Source of the DNA: a virus
Lineage: Duplodnaviria > Heunggongvirae > Uroviricota > Caudoviricetes
IMG/VR virus record: IMGVR_UViG_2537562019_000027
Strand: one strand, 5' to 3'
DNA: 14,568 nucleotides
Within the stretch, counting starts at the first letter, position 1; each line of letters starts with the position of its first letter. The position numbers and the translations under genes were made by a program. A model generated the notes under the pieces. The model was not told the DNA's origin and ran no database searches. It saw only the letters and a program-made list of their open reading frames with translations. This document shows, piece after piece, positions 7,552-14,568 of this stretch.

Positions 7552-8019
7552 ATGTCTCACTTGGACGGAATTATTAAAAGATTCGAGTCCAGCTACAAAG
7601 TTAATGAAACAACAGGTTGCTGGGAGTCTACCTATTCAAAAAACAAAGGAGGATACACAAAATTTGTAGCCTTTGGCGTAACAATGCTTTCTCATCGGGT
7701 TGCTTTTGAGCTTTATCACTCCCCCATTCCATCTGGGAAGATGGTTTGCCACAAATGCGATAACCCATGCTGCGTTAATCCTGAACATCTCTTTTTAGGT
7801 AGCGCGCAAGAAAACATGGACGACAAGATAGCAAAAGGAAGGCATCGTGGAGCCAAGAAAGGTCATGCTCATCATGGTGCAAAATTAACAGAGTGGCAGG
7901 TTATAGAAATTAGGAAAAGACTCTCTGAAAAAGAGAGTCAGTACAAGATAGCAAAAGACATGGGTGTATCTCAATCAATTATAAGCAACATAAAAACTGG
8001 CAAGAGGTGGAGCAAATGA
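7552..8019 (+). CDS. HNH endonuclease (free-standing, homing-endonuclease-like)
   Basis: 155 aa; [26 protein letters not shown] is an HNH motif with cysteine zinc ligands; C-terminal HTH-like tail; coupled to flanking genes by TAAATG and ATGA overlaps. Confidence 0.8.
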   Translation: MSHLDGIIKRFESSYKVNETTGCWESTYSKNKGGYTKFVAFGVTMLSHRVAFELYHSPIPSGKMVCHKCDNPCCVNPEHLFLGSAQENMDDKIAKGRHRGAKKGHAHHGAKLTEWQVIEIRKRLSEKESQYKIAKDMGVSQSIISNIKTGKRWSK

Positions 8020-8522
8020 GTTCTCGCGGGATAAATAAGGTGATTATCCTTGGTCGGGTAGGACAAGACCCGGAAGTTCGATACTCACCATCAGGAACAG
8101 CGTTCGCTAACCTGACAATAGCCACGTCAGAACAATGGCGAGATAAAAATACTGGCGAGCAAAAGGAATTGACTGAATGGCATCGTGTTGCTGTATCCGG
8201 GAAACTGGCTGAGGTCGTGGGGCAGTATGTGAAAAAAGGTGATCAGATTTATTTCGAGGGAATGCTGAGAACCAGAAAGTGGAAAGACCAGTCAGGGCAA
8301 GACCGTTACACAACCGAGGTTCATGTCGGAATTAATGGCGTGATGCAAATGCTTGGCGGCATTGGCGACAGCAAACAACAAGCAGCCAGCAGGCAATCAC
8401 AGAAGCCACAGCAGCAATCATCACCAGCACAACACAACGAACCTCCGATGGATTTTGACGACGATATACCCTTTGCACCAGTAACTCTCCCCTTCCCTCG
8501 TCACGCTATTCACGCAATTTAA
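8016..8522 (+). CDS. ssb: Single-stranded DNA-binding protein (SSB) with a C-terminal extension past the DDDIPF tip
   Basis: OB-fold N-terminus [29 protein letters not shown]..., Gln/Pro-rich linker, acidic tip MDFDDDIPF followed by 15 extra residues ([15 protein letters not shown]); start ATG 8016 with GAGGTGG SD. Confidence 0.9.
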   Translation: MSSRGINKVIILGRVGQDPEVRYSPSGTAFANLTIATSEQWRDKNTGEQKELTEWHRVAVSGKLAEVVGQYVKKGDQIYFEGMLRTRKWKDQSGQDRYTTEVHVGINGVMQMLGGIGDSKQQAASRQSQKPQQQSSPAQHNEPPMDFDDDIPFAPVTLPFPRHAIHAI

Positions 8523-8530
8523 GGACTTAC

Positions 8531-9079
8531 ATGAATCACTTAATGGTTGACCTTGAAACAATGGGCAACGGGCCATACGCGCCAGTTATTTCTATTGGGG
8601 CGGTATTCTTTGACCCGAATACCGGAGAAACAGGAGAAGAGTTCTCGGTAAATATCTCGCTTGAGTCATCAATGCGATATCGGGCGCGTCCTGACGCTTC
8701 AACGATTTTATGGTGGATGGAACAGAGTGAAGAAGCCAGAAAATCGCTAACCAGCAACACTCAAGAGCTTTCAACAGCTCTTTCATGGTTATCTGAATTC
8801 ATCATAAAGAACGCTAACCACAAATTCGTTCAGGTTTGGGGGAATGGAGCATCATTTGACTGCGTTATTCTCCGCAACAGTTATTCGCTGACAGGGCAGC
8901 CAGTTCCGTGGCAGTGGTGGAATGACCGCGACGTAAGAACAATCGTCGAGCTTGGAAAGGTAATAGGATTCGACCCTAAGCGAGATATGCCATTCAAAGG
9001 AACTCGCCACAACGCGCTTGATGATGCCATCCACCAAGCCAAATACGTTTCAGCGATCTGGAAAAAGTTAGCTAAATAA
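8531..9079 (+). CDS. DnaQ-like DEDDh 3'-5' exonuclease
   Basis: 182 aa; Exo I MVDLET, Exo II FDC, Exo III HNALDDA; AAGGA SD. Confidence 0.75.
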   Translation: MNHLMVDLETMGNGPYAPVISIGAVFFDPNTGETGEEFSVNISLESSMRYRARPDASTILWWMEQSEEARKSLTSNTQELSTALSWLSEFIIKNANHKFVQVWGNGASFDCVILRNSYSLTGQPVPWQWWNDRDVRTIVELGKVIGFDPKRDMPFKGTRHNALDDAIHQAKYVSAIWKKLAK

Positions 9080-9095
9080 TCAACCGGAGAAAAAC

Positions 9096-9389
9096 ATGCC
9101 AGCGCCTTTGTATGGTGCGGATGACCCGCGCCGCTGTTCCGGCAATTCTGTATCGGAGGTGCTGGATAAATTCAGAAAAAACTACGATCGAATAATGTCT
9201 CTACCGCAGGAAACGAAAGAGGAAAAGGAATTTCGCCACTGTATATGGCTTGCAGAGAAAGAAGAACGCGAGCGAATTTACCAGACATCAATCCGACCAT
9301 TCCGCAAAGCCACATATACCCACTTCCCTGAAATTGACCCGCGCCTGCGTCATTACCGCTCACGCTATGGCGCTATCAGTAATGACTGA
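9096..9389 (+). CDS. Hypothetical phage protein (97 aa)
   Basis: ATG with GGAG SD; tightly packed with neighbours; no family recognised. Confidence 0.55.
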   Translation: MPAPLYGADDPRRCSGNSVSEVLDKFRKNYDRIMSLPQETKEEKEFRHCIWLAEKEERERIYQTSIRPFRKATYTHFPEIDPRLRHYRSRYGAISND

Positions 9390-9399
9390 GGAATTAACA

Positions 9400-9690
9400 A
9401 TGAAAACAAAGAAGCTAAACATCGACATCGGCAAATACGTTATTACCGGAACCAAACACGATCTGATTCTTAGCGAAAGAGGAATTATCAAAGAAGGCGA
9501 GAATGCAGGGAAAGAAACACTAAGTCGTATCGGTTATTACAGCAAGTTTGAGCATCTGGTCAAAGAGTTATGCAACCGTGAAATCCTGTTATCTCAGGCG
9601 CAGACGCTACAGGATATTCAGCAGCATATCGATACTTTAGGTGTATCACTTAGCATGGCTGTTGACCAGTTCATGGAGAGTAAATCATGA
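9400..9690 (+). CDS. Hypothetical phage protein (96 aa)
   Basis: ATG at 9400 with GAGG SD 7 nt upstream (the ORF track extends it upstream in the same frame); no family recognised. Confidence 0.5.
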   Translation: MKTKKLNIDIGKYVITGTKHDLILSERGIIKEGENAGKETLSRIGYYSKFEHLVKELCNREILLSQAQTLQDIQQHIDTLGVSLSMAVDQFMESKS

Positions 9691-9854
9691 GAGGACTTGC
9701 ATACAATCCCGGCATTCTTCCGGCAGAAATGATTATTCGCCAACGCGTAAAGCCAATGCCATCGAGAGAGGAATTGCTTAAGAGAAATGGTTTCGGTTCT
9801 GTTAATGACAACAAATATCTGAATGCGATGTGGCGCAAAGGAGGCAACCAGTGA
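9687..9854 (+). CDS. Hypothetical small protein (55 aa)
   Basis: ATGA overlap with the upstream stop; [55 protein letters not shown]; not in the ORF track. Confidence 0.4.
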   Translation: MRGLAYNPGILPAEMIIRQRVKPMPSREELLKRNGFGSVNDNKYLNAMWRKGGNQ

Positions 9855-10003
9855 GTAACCGTTTTTACATGATGTGCTTGCGTGAAACTGTAGGTGATAA
9901 CGCCTCATTCCATTGCCATAACGGCAATGAGCATGGCGAGATGGCTATGAAGCATGGAAAACGCCTGTCGAAGTATATTGTGATGAGTGGGGTGGGTGAA
10001 TGA
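9851..10003 (+). CDS. Hypothetical small Cys/His-containing protein (50 aa), coupled to the methyltransferase gene
   Basis: GTG start preceded by GGAGG at 6-nt spacing, GTGA overlap upstream and ATGA overlap with the MTase start; [31 protein letters not shown]... Confidence 0.4.
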   Translation: MSNRFYMMCLRETVGDNASFHCHNGNEHGEMAMKHGKRLSKYIVMSGVGE

Positions 10004-10728
10004 TTTGCCTTCACAACGCAGACTGCTTTGACATCTTTCCGCAAATCGCCAGCAACTCCGTAGATCTTGTATGTGCCGATATTCCATATGGAACAACTCG
10101 GTGTCGCTGGGATTCTGTTCTCGACCTGCAGTTGATGTGGAAGCAGATTTACCGTATTTCCAAACCGAACGCTGCAATTGTTCTGTTTTCCGCTCAGCCT
10201 TTTACCAGCGTGCTGGTCAACAGCAATCTTCGTGACTGGAAAACAGAATGGATTTGGGAAAAGCCACACGCGACAGGATTTTTGAACGCAAAAAAACAAC
10301 CTTTAAGAGCGCATGAAAATATTGAAGTTTTTTACAGAAAGCAACCGACATACAACCCACAGATGACGTATGGGCACGCCAGAAAAACCTCAACAAGAGG
10401 TAGGCTGAATACTGATGTATATGGCGATGCGCTGAAAAAGGTCGTTTACGATTCAACAAGTCGCTATCCGAGAGACGTGCAGAAATTCTCCAGCGACAAG
10501 CAAAAGCAGGCACTTCATTCAACACAAAAGCCACTGGCTCTGGTGAGATATCTGATTGAAACATATAGCAATATTGGCGACACAGTGTTGGATTTCACTA
10601 TGGGTAGCGGAACTACTGGCGTTGCGTGCCAACAATCAGGACGCCGATTTACAGGAATAGAAAAAGATCCAGAAATTTTTCGTATCGCATTAGAGCGTAT
10701 GGGAATTAAACAGGAGCATGCAGCATGA
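10000..10728 (+). CDS. Orphan DNA N6-adenine (or N4-cytosine) methyltransferase, beta-class
   Basis: 242 aa; DIPY (DPPY-type motif IV) near the N-terminus and LDFTMGSGTTGVA (AdoMet motif I) near the C-terminus, plus STQKP motif; no adjacent restriction endonuclease evident. Confidence 0.9.
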   Translation: MICLHNADCFDIFPQIASNSVDLVCADIPYGTTRCRWDSVLDLQLMWKQIYRISKPNAAIVLFSAQPFTSVLVNSNLRDWKTEWIWEKPHATGFLNAKKQPLRAHENIEVFYRKQPTYNPQMTYGHARKTSTRGRLNTDVYGDALKKVVYDSTSRYPRDVQKFSSDKQKQALHSTQKPLALVRYLIETYSNIGDTVLDFTMGSGTTGVACQQSGRRFTGIEKDPEIFRIALERMGIKQEHAA

Positions 10729-10746
10729 TTTTTGTGGAGGCAACCA

Positions 10747-11133
10747 GTGAGCGAAATTAATTACCAGGCACTGCGTGAGGCGGCGGAACGTGCAATTCCA
10801 GCAATGGAACGCCTGTTAATGTTGCCAGCTGATGATGATTTGTTAAGTGAACAGGAACTTAAAGATTACGGTGTGGATATTGATGCGCTCAACGCCTTCA
10901 AATTTCTGGCCGGACCAGAAACCGTGCTGGCGCTGCTGGATGAGCTGGAAGCCAAAGACAAGCGGATTGCTGACATGGATGCGCGGGAGGTTGTACTGCC
11001 GCGTGCGCACGATGTTCACCCATTAGGGCCGCAGTCGGCGAAAATTTTTTGTGAGTTTCACCGGAGTATCGTGAACAGATGCGCCGATGAGATTCGCAAG
11101 GTTGGCGTCAAAGTCAGCATCAAGGGGAATTAG
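10747..11133 (+). CDS. Ea22/Ead-like prophage protein
   Basis: GTG start with GGAGG SD (the ORF track extends to TTG at 10732); VSEINYQALREAAE...ALLDELEAKDKRIA is typical of E. coli prophage Ea22-like proteins (from memory). Confidence 0.6.
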   Translation: MSEINYQALREAAERAIPAMERLLMLPADDDLLSEQELKDYGVDIDALNAFKFLAGPETVLALLDELEAKDKRIADMDAREVVLPRAHDVHPLGPQSAKIFCEFHRSIVNRCADEIRKVGVKVSIKGN

Positions 11134-11137
11134 GGAT

Positions 11138-11929
11138 ATGGCTGAACTAACCAAAGAATGGCTGAAGCAAACTATCGCTCAATACGAAGCCAATCGTGAT
11201 GAATTACCGTTTGGACTGGATACCAACAGTGCCATTGAGCTTCAGGCGTTCAAGTTGGCGCTGGCATCGCTGGAAGCAGAACCAGTTGCTTATATTTTCA
11301 AACATCCGGCTGGAAAATTATTCTGGGCTTTAACGGATGAAAGCAATAAAGAGCAATCGGACGTTATTCCTGTTTATGCCGCCCCTCCAGTGCCAGTAGT
11401 ACCTGCTGCATTACCTGAGAACGACGATGAGGACGGGCATGACATTGATTATCTTGAGCCATCTGAAGTTTACTCGCTTGGGCGAACAGCTGGCTGGAAC
11501 GCCTGCCGTGCTGCCATGCTTCATGGTGCCGAACCTGTAAGCCAAACTTACAAGTTGCCTCCCCTGTCATCCAGAGAAGTAAACGACGCGGCATGGAAAT
11601 TACACAACATGCTGACTGAACACGGCCCTCTAAATGGGTGTCAGTTCAACAATTTGAAAGAGTGCTTCTATGAGGCATTAAAGGTCGCAATGCGCAACTA
11701 TCCGGTAACTCCGGATGGTTGGATAAGCTGTAGTGAGCGAATGCCGAACGATAAACAGTATGTTTGGTGTTGGGGTAAGTCTTACGGCTGGACTGAGTGC
11801 AATACCTTCGAAGGGTATTACGATTGGTCGAGAAACAAATGGTGGGCAGTTACTGACGATGGGGAAGAACCGGCATCGAAAGTAACTCACTGGATGCCTC
11901 TACCAGAACCGCCTCAGGAGGTGAAGTAA
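11138..11929 (+). CDS. Prophage protein with DUF551-like C-terminal domain
   Basis: ATG at 11138 right after the upstream stop; Trp/Cys-rich C-terminus DGWISCSERMPNDKQYVWCWGKSYGWTECNTFEGYYDWSRNKWWAVTDDGEEP resembles DUF551 (from memory). Confidence 0.65.
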   Translation: MAELTKEWLKQTIAQYEANRDELPFGLDTNSAIELQAFKLALASLEAEPVAYIFKHPAGKLFWALTDESNKEQSDVIPVYAAPPVPVVPAALPENDDEDGHDIDYLEPSEVYSLGRTAGWNACRAAMLHGAEPVSQTYKLPPLSSREVNDAAWKLHNMLTEHGPLNGCQFNNLKECFYEALKVAMRNYPVTPDGWISCSERMPNDKQYVWCWGKSYGWTECNTFEGYYDWSRNKWWAVTDDGEEPASKVTHWMPLPEPPQEVK

Positions 11930-12207
11930 TGGACTCCTTCGCGAAATATACAATTATTGACTGGATAGCCTTCCTTCAGGTTTTGCTCATCTGGTTTTAT
12001 ATGGCTTACAGGAGTGGACAGTGGATTGTCAGTGTAGCCTGTAGCAAGGGATGGCGTTGGTGGAACAGAAAGAATAAAAAAGCACTGGCATTGGATTCGT
12101 TTTACGAAGCATTCAATCTTAACAGCCTTCAGCCTGGTTCTGTCATTGTAGTCACCACTCAAAGCGGCATGACCATTCAGATTCATAAACCAAAAGAGGA
12201 AAAATGA
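11929..12207 (+). CDS. Hypothetical protein (92 aa) with hydrophobic N-terminal segment
   Basis: TAATG overlap with upstream gene; IIDWIAFLQVLLIWFYMAY is a likely transmembrane helix. Confidence 0.5.
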   Translation: MDSFAKYTIIDWIAFLQVLLIWFYMAYRSGQWIVSVACSKGWRWWNRKNKKALALDSFYEAFNLNSLQPGSVIVVTTQSGMTIQIHKPKEEK

Positions 12208-12293
12208 TGTGGCCTATATGTGTTAATTGCGGACGGATGTGCCTATCTGGATGGTGCCGAAAGTGCGACAAATGCACGAAGAAAAGACAATAA
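12204..12293 (+). CDS. Candidate Cys-rich micro-protein (29 aa)
   Basis: ATG overlapping the upstream stop; MMWPICVNCGRMCLSGWCRKCDKCTKKRQ has six Cys in CxxC-like spacing. Speculative. Confidence 0.3.
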   Translation: MMWPICVNCGRMCLSGWCRKCDKCTKKRQ

Positions 12294-12365
12294 CAATCCT
12301 CGCACTCGCGGGGATTTCTTTTATCTGAACTCGCTACGGCGGGTTTTGTTTTATGGAGATGATAA

Positions 12366-12533
12366 ATGCACTTCCGAGTCACAGGTGAATGGAATGGAGA
12401 GCCATTCGACAGGGTCGTCGAAGCAGAGGGCATCAACGACTGCTATAACCACTGGATGATATGGGCGCAGATAGCGCATGCAGACGTAACCAATATTCGA
12501 ATTGAAGAACTGAAAGAACACCAAGCCGCCTGA
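12366..12533 (+). CDS. Hypothetical small protein (55 aa)
   Basis: ATG with GGAG SD; stop codon sits in the loop of the following terminator hairpin; MHFRVTGEWNGEPFDRVVEAEGINDCYNHWMIWAQIAHADVTNIRIEELKEHQAA. Confidence 0.5.
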   Translation: MHFRVTGEWNGEPFDRVVEAEGINDCYNHWMIWAQIAHADVTNIRIEELKEHQAA

Positions 12534-12546
12534 TGGCGGTTTTTTA
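12526..12546 (+). terminator. Rho-independent terminator
   Basis: CCGCC-TGAT-GGCGG followed by TTTTTT. Confidence 0.6.
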
Positions 12547-12555
12547 TTGCCTGAT

Positions 12556-12571
12556 TTGCAGGTTCGATTCC
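12556..12571 (+). other. 16-nt segment matching an internal part of the tRNA-Arg (argW-type) 3' half
   Basis: TTGCAGGTTCGATTCC equals the T-stem/T-loop part of the argW sequence as I recall it (...AATTGCAGGTTCGATTCCTGCAGGGGACACCA); it diverges immediately afterwards. Confidence 0.45.
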
Positions 12572-12590
12572 CTATTCGGAGATAGCACTC

Positions 12591-12791
12591 ATGCAACACG
12601 AACTACAGCCTGATTCACTGGTTGATTTGAAATTCATCATGGCCGATACTGGCTTTGGTAAAACCTTCATCTACGACCGGATTAAGTCCGGCGACCTGCC
12701 AAAAGCCAAAGTTATCCACGGGCGAGCAAGATGGTTATATCGTGACCATTGTGAATTCAAAAATAAGCTCTTAAGCCGCGCCAATGGGTAA
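12591..12791 (+). CDS. torI: Excisionase / recombination directionality factor TorI (AlpA/Xis family)
   Basis: 66 aa, MQHELQPDSLVDLKFIMADTGFGKTFIYDRIKSGDLPKAKVIHGRARWLYRDHCEFKNKLLSRANG; I recognise this as KplE1 TorI; GGAGA SD; at the prophage end next to att. Confidence 0.85.
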   Translation: MQHELQPDSLVDLKFIMADTGFGKTFIYDRIKSGDLPKAKVIHGRARWLYRDHCEFKNKLLSRANG

Positions 12792-12864
12792 AATAGCGGG
12801 TAAAATATTTCTCACATCTAAAAAACACCATTCTAATCAATCCCCTGCCGCGTCAAGTAGATGT

Positions 12865-12879
12865 CTGCAGGGGACACCA
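12865..12879 (+). other. attR core candidate: copy of the last 15 nt of tRNA-Arg (argW-type), CTGCAGGGGACACCA
   Basis: Matches the acceptor 3' strand, discriminator and CCA of argW as recalled; 74 bp downstream of torI; flanked by inverted repeat TCCCCTGC / GCAGGGGA. Confidence 0.55.
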
Positions 12880-13267
12880 GATACCCTTCAAACGAAATCT
12901 ACCTTCACCCCGTAAAAGATGGGTTTGGCAGCACACTTGCCTTATATCTACTCATTTTTACTGCAACAGGTTGAAATCTCAGCACTGTCAGAAAGCGCTG
13001 ATGACTAAACAGCCCTGGGCCGGGCGATGTAACCATCACACAGAATCCTGATAGCGAAATATGGCGTGACTCGATACTTCACTCCGCAATGCATTCCTTG
13101 ATGAATTCGCAGGACCGTGATACACGGGACAGGTCACTGAATGACGACAATGTCCTGGAAATCAGCGAACCGCGCATCTGAAGTACATTTGAGCGACTGT
13201 ACCAGAACATGAATGAGGCGTTTGGATTAGGCGATTATTAGCAGGGCTAAGCATTTTACTATTATTA

Positions 13268-13311
13268 TTTTCCGGTTGAGGGATATAGAGCTATCGACAA
13301 CAACCGGAAAA
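13268..13311. terminator. Hairpin downstream of cscB (possible terminator)
   Basis: Inverted repeat TTTTCCGGTTG ... CAACCGGAAAA with 11-bp arms; no clean U-run on the cscB transcript side. Confidence 0.35.
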
Positions 13312-13320
13312 AGTTTACGT

Positions 13321-14568
13321 CTATATTGCTGAAGGTACAGGCGTTTCCATAACTATTTGCTCGCGTTTTTTACTCAAGAAGAAAATGCCAAATAGCAACA
13401 TCAGGCAGACAATACCCGAAATTGCGAAGAAAACTGTCTGGTAGCCTGCGTGGTCAAAGAGTATCCCAGTCGGCGTTGAAAGCAGCACAATCCCAAGCGA
13501 ACTGGCAATTTGAAAACCAATCAGAAAGATCGTCGACGACAGGCGCTTATCAAAGTTTGCCACGCTGTATTTGAAGACGGATATGACACAAAGTGGAACC
13601 TCAATGGCATGTAACAACTTCACTAATGAAATAATCCAGGGGTTAACGAACAGCGCGCAGGAAAGGATACGCAACGCCATAATCACAACTCCGATAAGTA
13701 ATGCATTTTTTGGCCCTACCCGATTCACAAAGAAAGGAATAATCGCCATGCACAGCGCTTCGAGTACCACCTGGAATGAGTTGAGATAACCATACAGGCG
13801 CGTTCCTACATCGTGTGATTCGAATAAACCTGCATAAAAGACAGGAAAAAGTTGTTGATCAAAAATGTTATAGAAAGACCACGTCCCCACAATAAATATG
13901 ACGAAAACCCAGAAGTTTCGATCCTTGAAAACTGCGATAAAATCCTCTTTTTTTACCCCTCCCGCATCTGCCGCTACGCACTGGTGATCCTTATCTTTAA
14001 AACGCATGTTGATCATCATAAATACAGCGCCAAATAGCGAGACCAACCAGAAGTTGATATGGGGACTGATACTAAAAAATATGCCGGCAAAGAACGCGCC
14101 AATAGCATAGCCAAAAGATCCCCAGGCGCGCGCTGTTCCATATTCGAAATGAAAATTTCGCGCCATTTTTTCGGTGAAGCTATCAAGCAAACCGCATCCC
14201 GCCAGATACCCCAAGCCAAAAAATAGCGCCCCCAGAATTAGACCTACAGAAAAATTGCTTTGCAGTAACGGTTCATAAACGTAAATCATAAACGGTCCGG
14301 TCAAGACCAGGATGAAACTCATACACCAGATGAGCGGTTTCTTCAGACCGAGTTTATCCTGAACGATGCCGTAGAACATCATAAATAGAATGCTGGTAAA
14401 CTGGTTGACCGAATAAAGTGTACCTAATTCCGTCCCTGTCAACCCTAGATGTCCTTTCAGCCAAATAGCGTATAACGACCACCACAGCGACCAGGAAATA
14501 AAAAAGAGAAATGAGTAACTGGATGCAAAACGATAGTACGCATTTCTGAATGGAATATTCAGTGCCAT
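13321..14568 (-). CDS. cscB: Sucrose:H+ symporter CscB (LacY-family oligosaccharide permease)
   Basis: Complete 415-aa ORF, start ATG at 14568-14566; MALNIPFRNAYYRFASSYSFLFFISWSLWWSLYAIW... with the 12-TM LacY-like pattern; I recognise it as E. coli CscB. Confidence 0.9.
   Translation of the reverse strand: MALNIPFRNAYYRFASSYSFLFFISWSLWWSLYAIWLKGHLGLTGTELGTLYSVNQFTSILFMMFYGIVQDKLGLKKPLIWCMSFILVLTGPFMIYVYEPLLQSNFSVGLILGALFFGLGYLAGCGLLDSFTEKMARNFHFEYGTARAWGSFGYAIGAFFAGIFFSISPHINFWLVSLFGAVFMMINMRFKDKDHQCVAADAGGVKKEDFIAVFKDRNFWVFVIFIVGTWSFYNIFDQQLFPVFYAGLFESHDVGTRLYGYLNSFQVVLEALCMAIIPFFVNRVGPKNALLIGVVIMALRILSCALFVNPWIISLVKLLHAIEVPLCVISVFKYSVANFDKRLSSTIFLIGFQIASSLGIVLLSTPTGILFDHAGYQTVFFAISGIVCLMLLFGIFFLSKKREQIVMETPVPSAI

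Noticed and set aside
8107-9363. ORFs 8107-8313 (-), 8536-8760 (-), 8592-8786 (-), 8852-9037 (-) and 9172-9363 (-)
   Set aside because: Antisense to ssb, the exonuclease gene and the 97-aa ORF; they would break an otherwise uniformly plus-strand operon.
9618-10564. Minus-strand ORFs 9618-9908, 9865-10299, 9905-10177 and 10217-10564
   Set aside because: Antisense to the small-ORF chain and the methyltransferase gene, whose catalytic motifs make the plus-strand frame clearly the real one.
11364-12599. ORFs 11364-11594 (-), 11678-11890 (-), 11914-12186 (-), 12152-12436 (-), 12220-12459 (+) and 12351-12599 (-)
   Set aside because: Antisense or alternative-frame overlaps with better-supported plus-strand genes that have SD sequences; no independent support.
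12540-12880. A complete tRNA gene at the prophage end
   Set aside because: Only two fragments of a tRNA 3' half (16 nt and 15 nt) are present; there is no D-arm or anticodon arm, so this is att-site sequence, not a tRNA gene.
12881-13320. Possible coding sequence between the att core and cscB
   Set aside because: Only very short ORFs with no SD; more likely non-coding flank or decayed remnants, which I cannot identify from sequence alone.
13571-14219. ORFs 13571-13789 (+), 13852-14037 (+) and 14016-14219 (-)
   Set aside because: Inside or antisense to the complete cscB gene, whose 415-aa membrane-protein frame is unambiguous.

Overview
The window is the right-hand ~12.5 kb of a mosaic lambdoid (P22/phi21-like, KplE1/CPS-53-like) prophage in an Enterobacteriaceae (E. 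coli-like) chromosome, ending at an attR-like junction built on tRNA-Arg 3'-end sequence and followed by the host sucrose permease gene cscB. All protein, tRNA and prophage identities are from reading and memory, not searches. On the minus strand, left to right in coordinates: a truncated IS21-family istA (1-350), a hypothetical 89-aa gene, a DnaB-like helicase, an O-like initiator with internal iterons, a small ORF, cII-like, nutR and cro. On the plus strand: c2 repressor, terminator, pL/OL, nutL, N, a low-GC two-gene moron, cIII-like, a Rad52-family annealing protein, HNH endonuclease, SSB, a DEDDh 3'-5' exonuclease, four tightly coupled small ORFs, an orphan N6-adenine methyltransferase, Ea22/DUF551-like genes and torI. 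The IS21-family insertion replaces the nin/late side, so the prophage is probably defective. I found no single clearly novel system; the best candidates are the uncharacterised low-GC moron in the ral/sieB slot between N and cIII, the repeat-flanked methyltransferase cassette, the cluster of small overlapping early ORFs, and the split tRNA-derived attR around torI.
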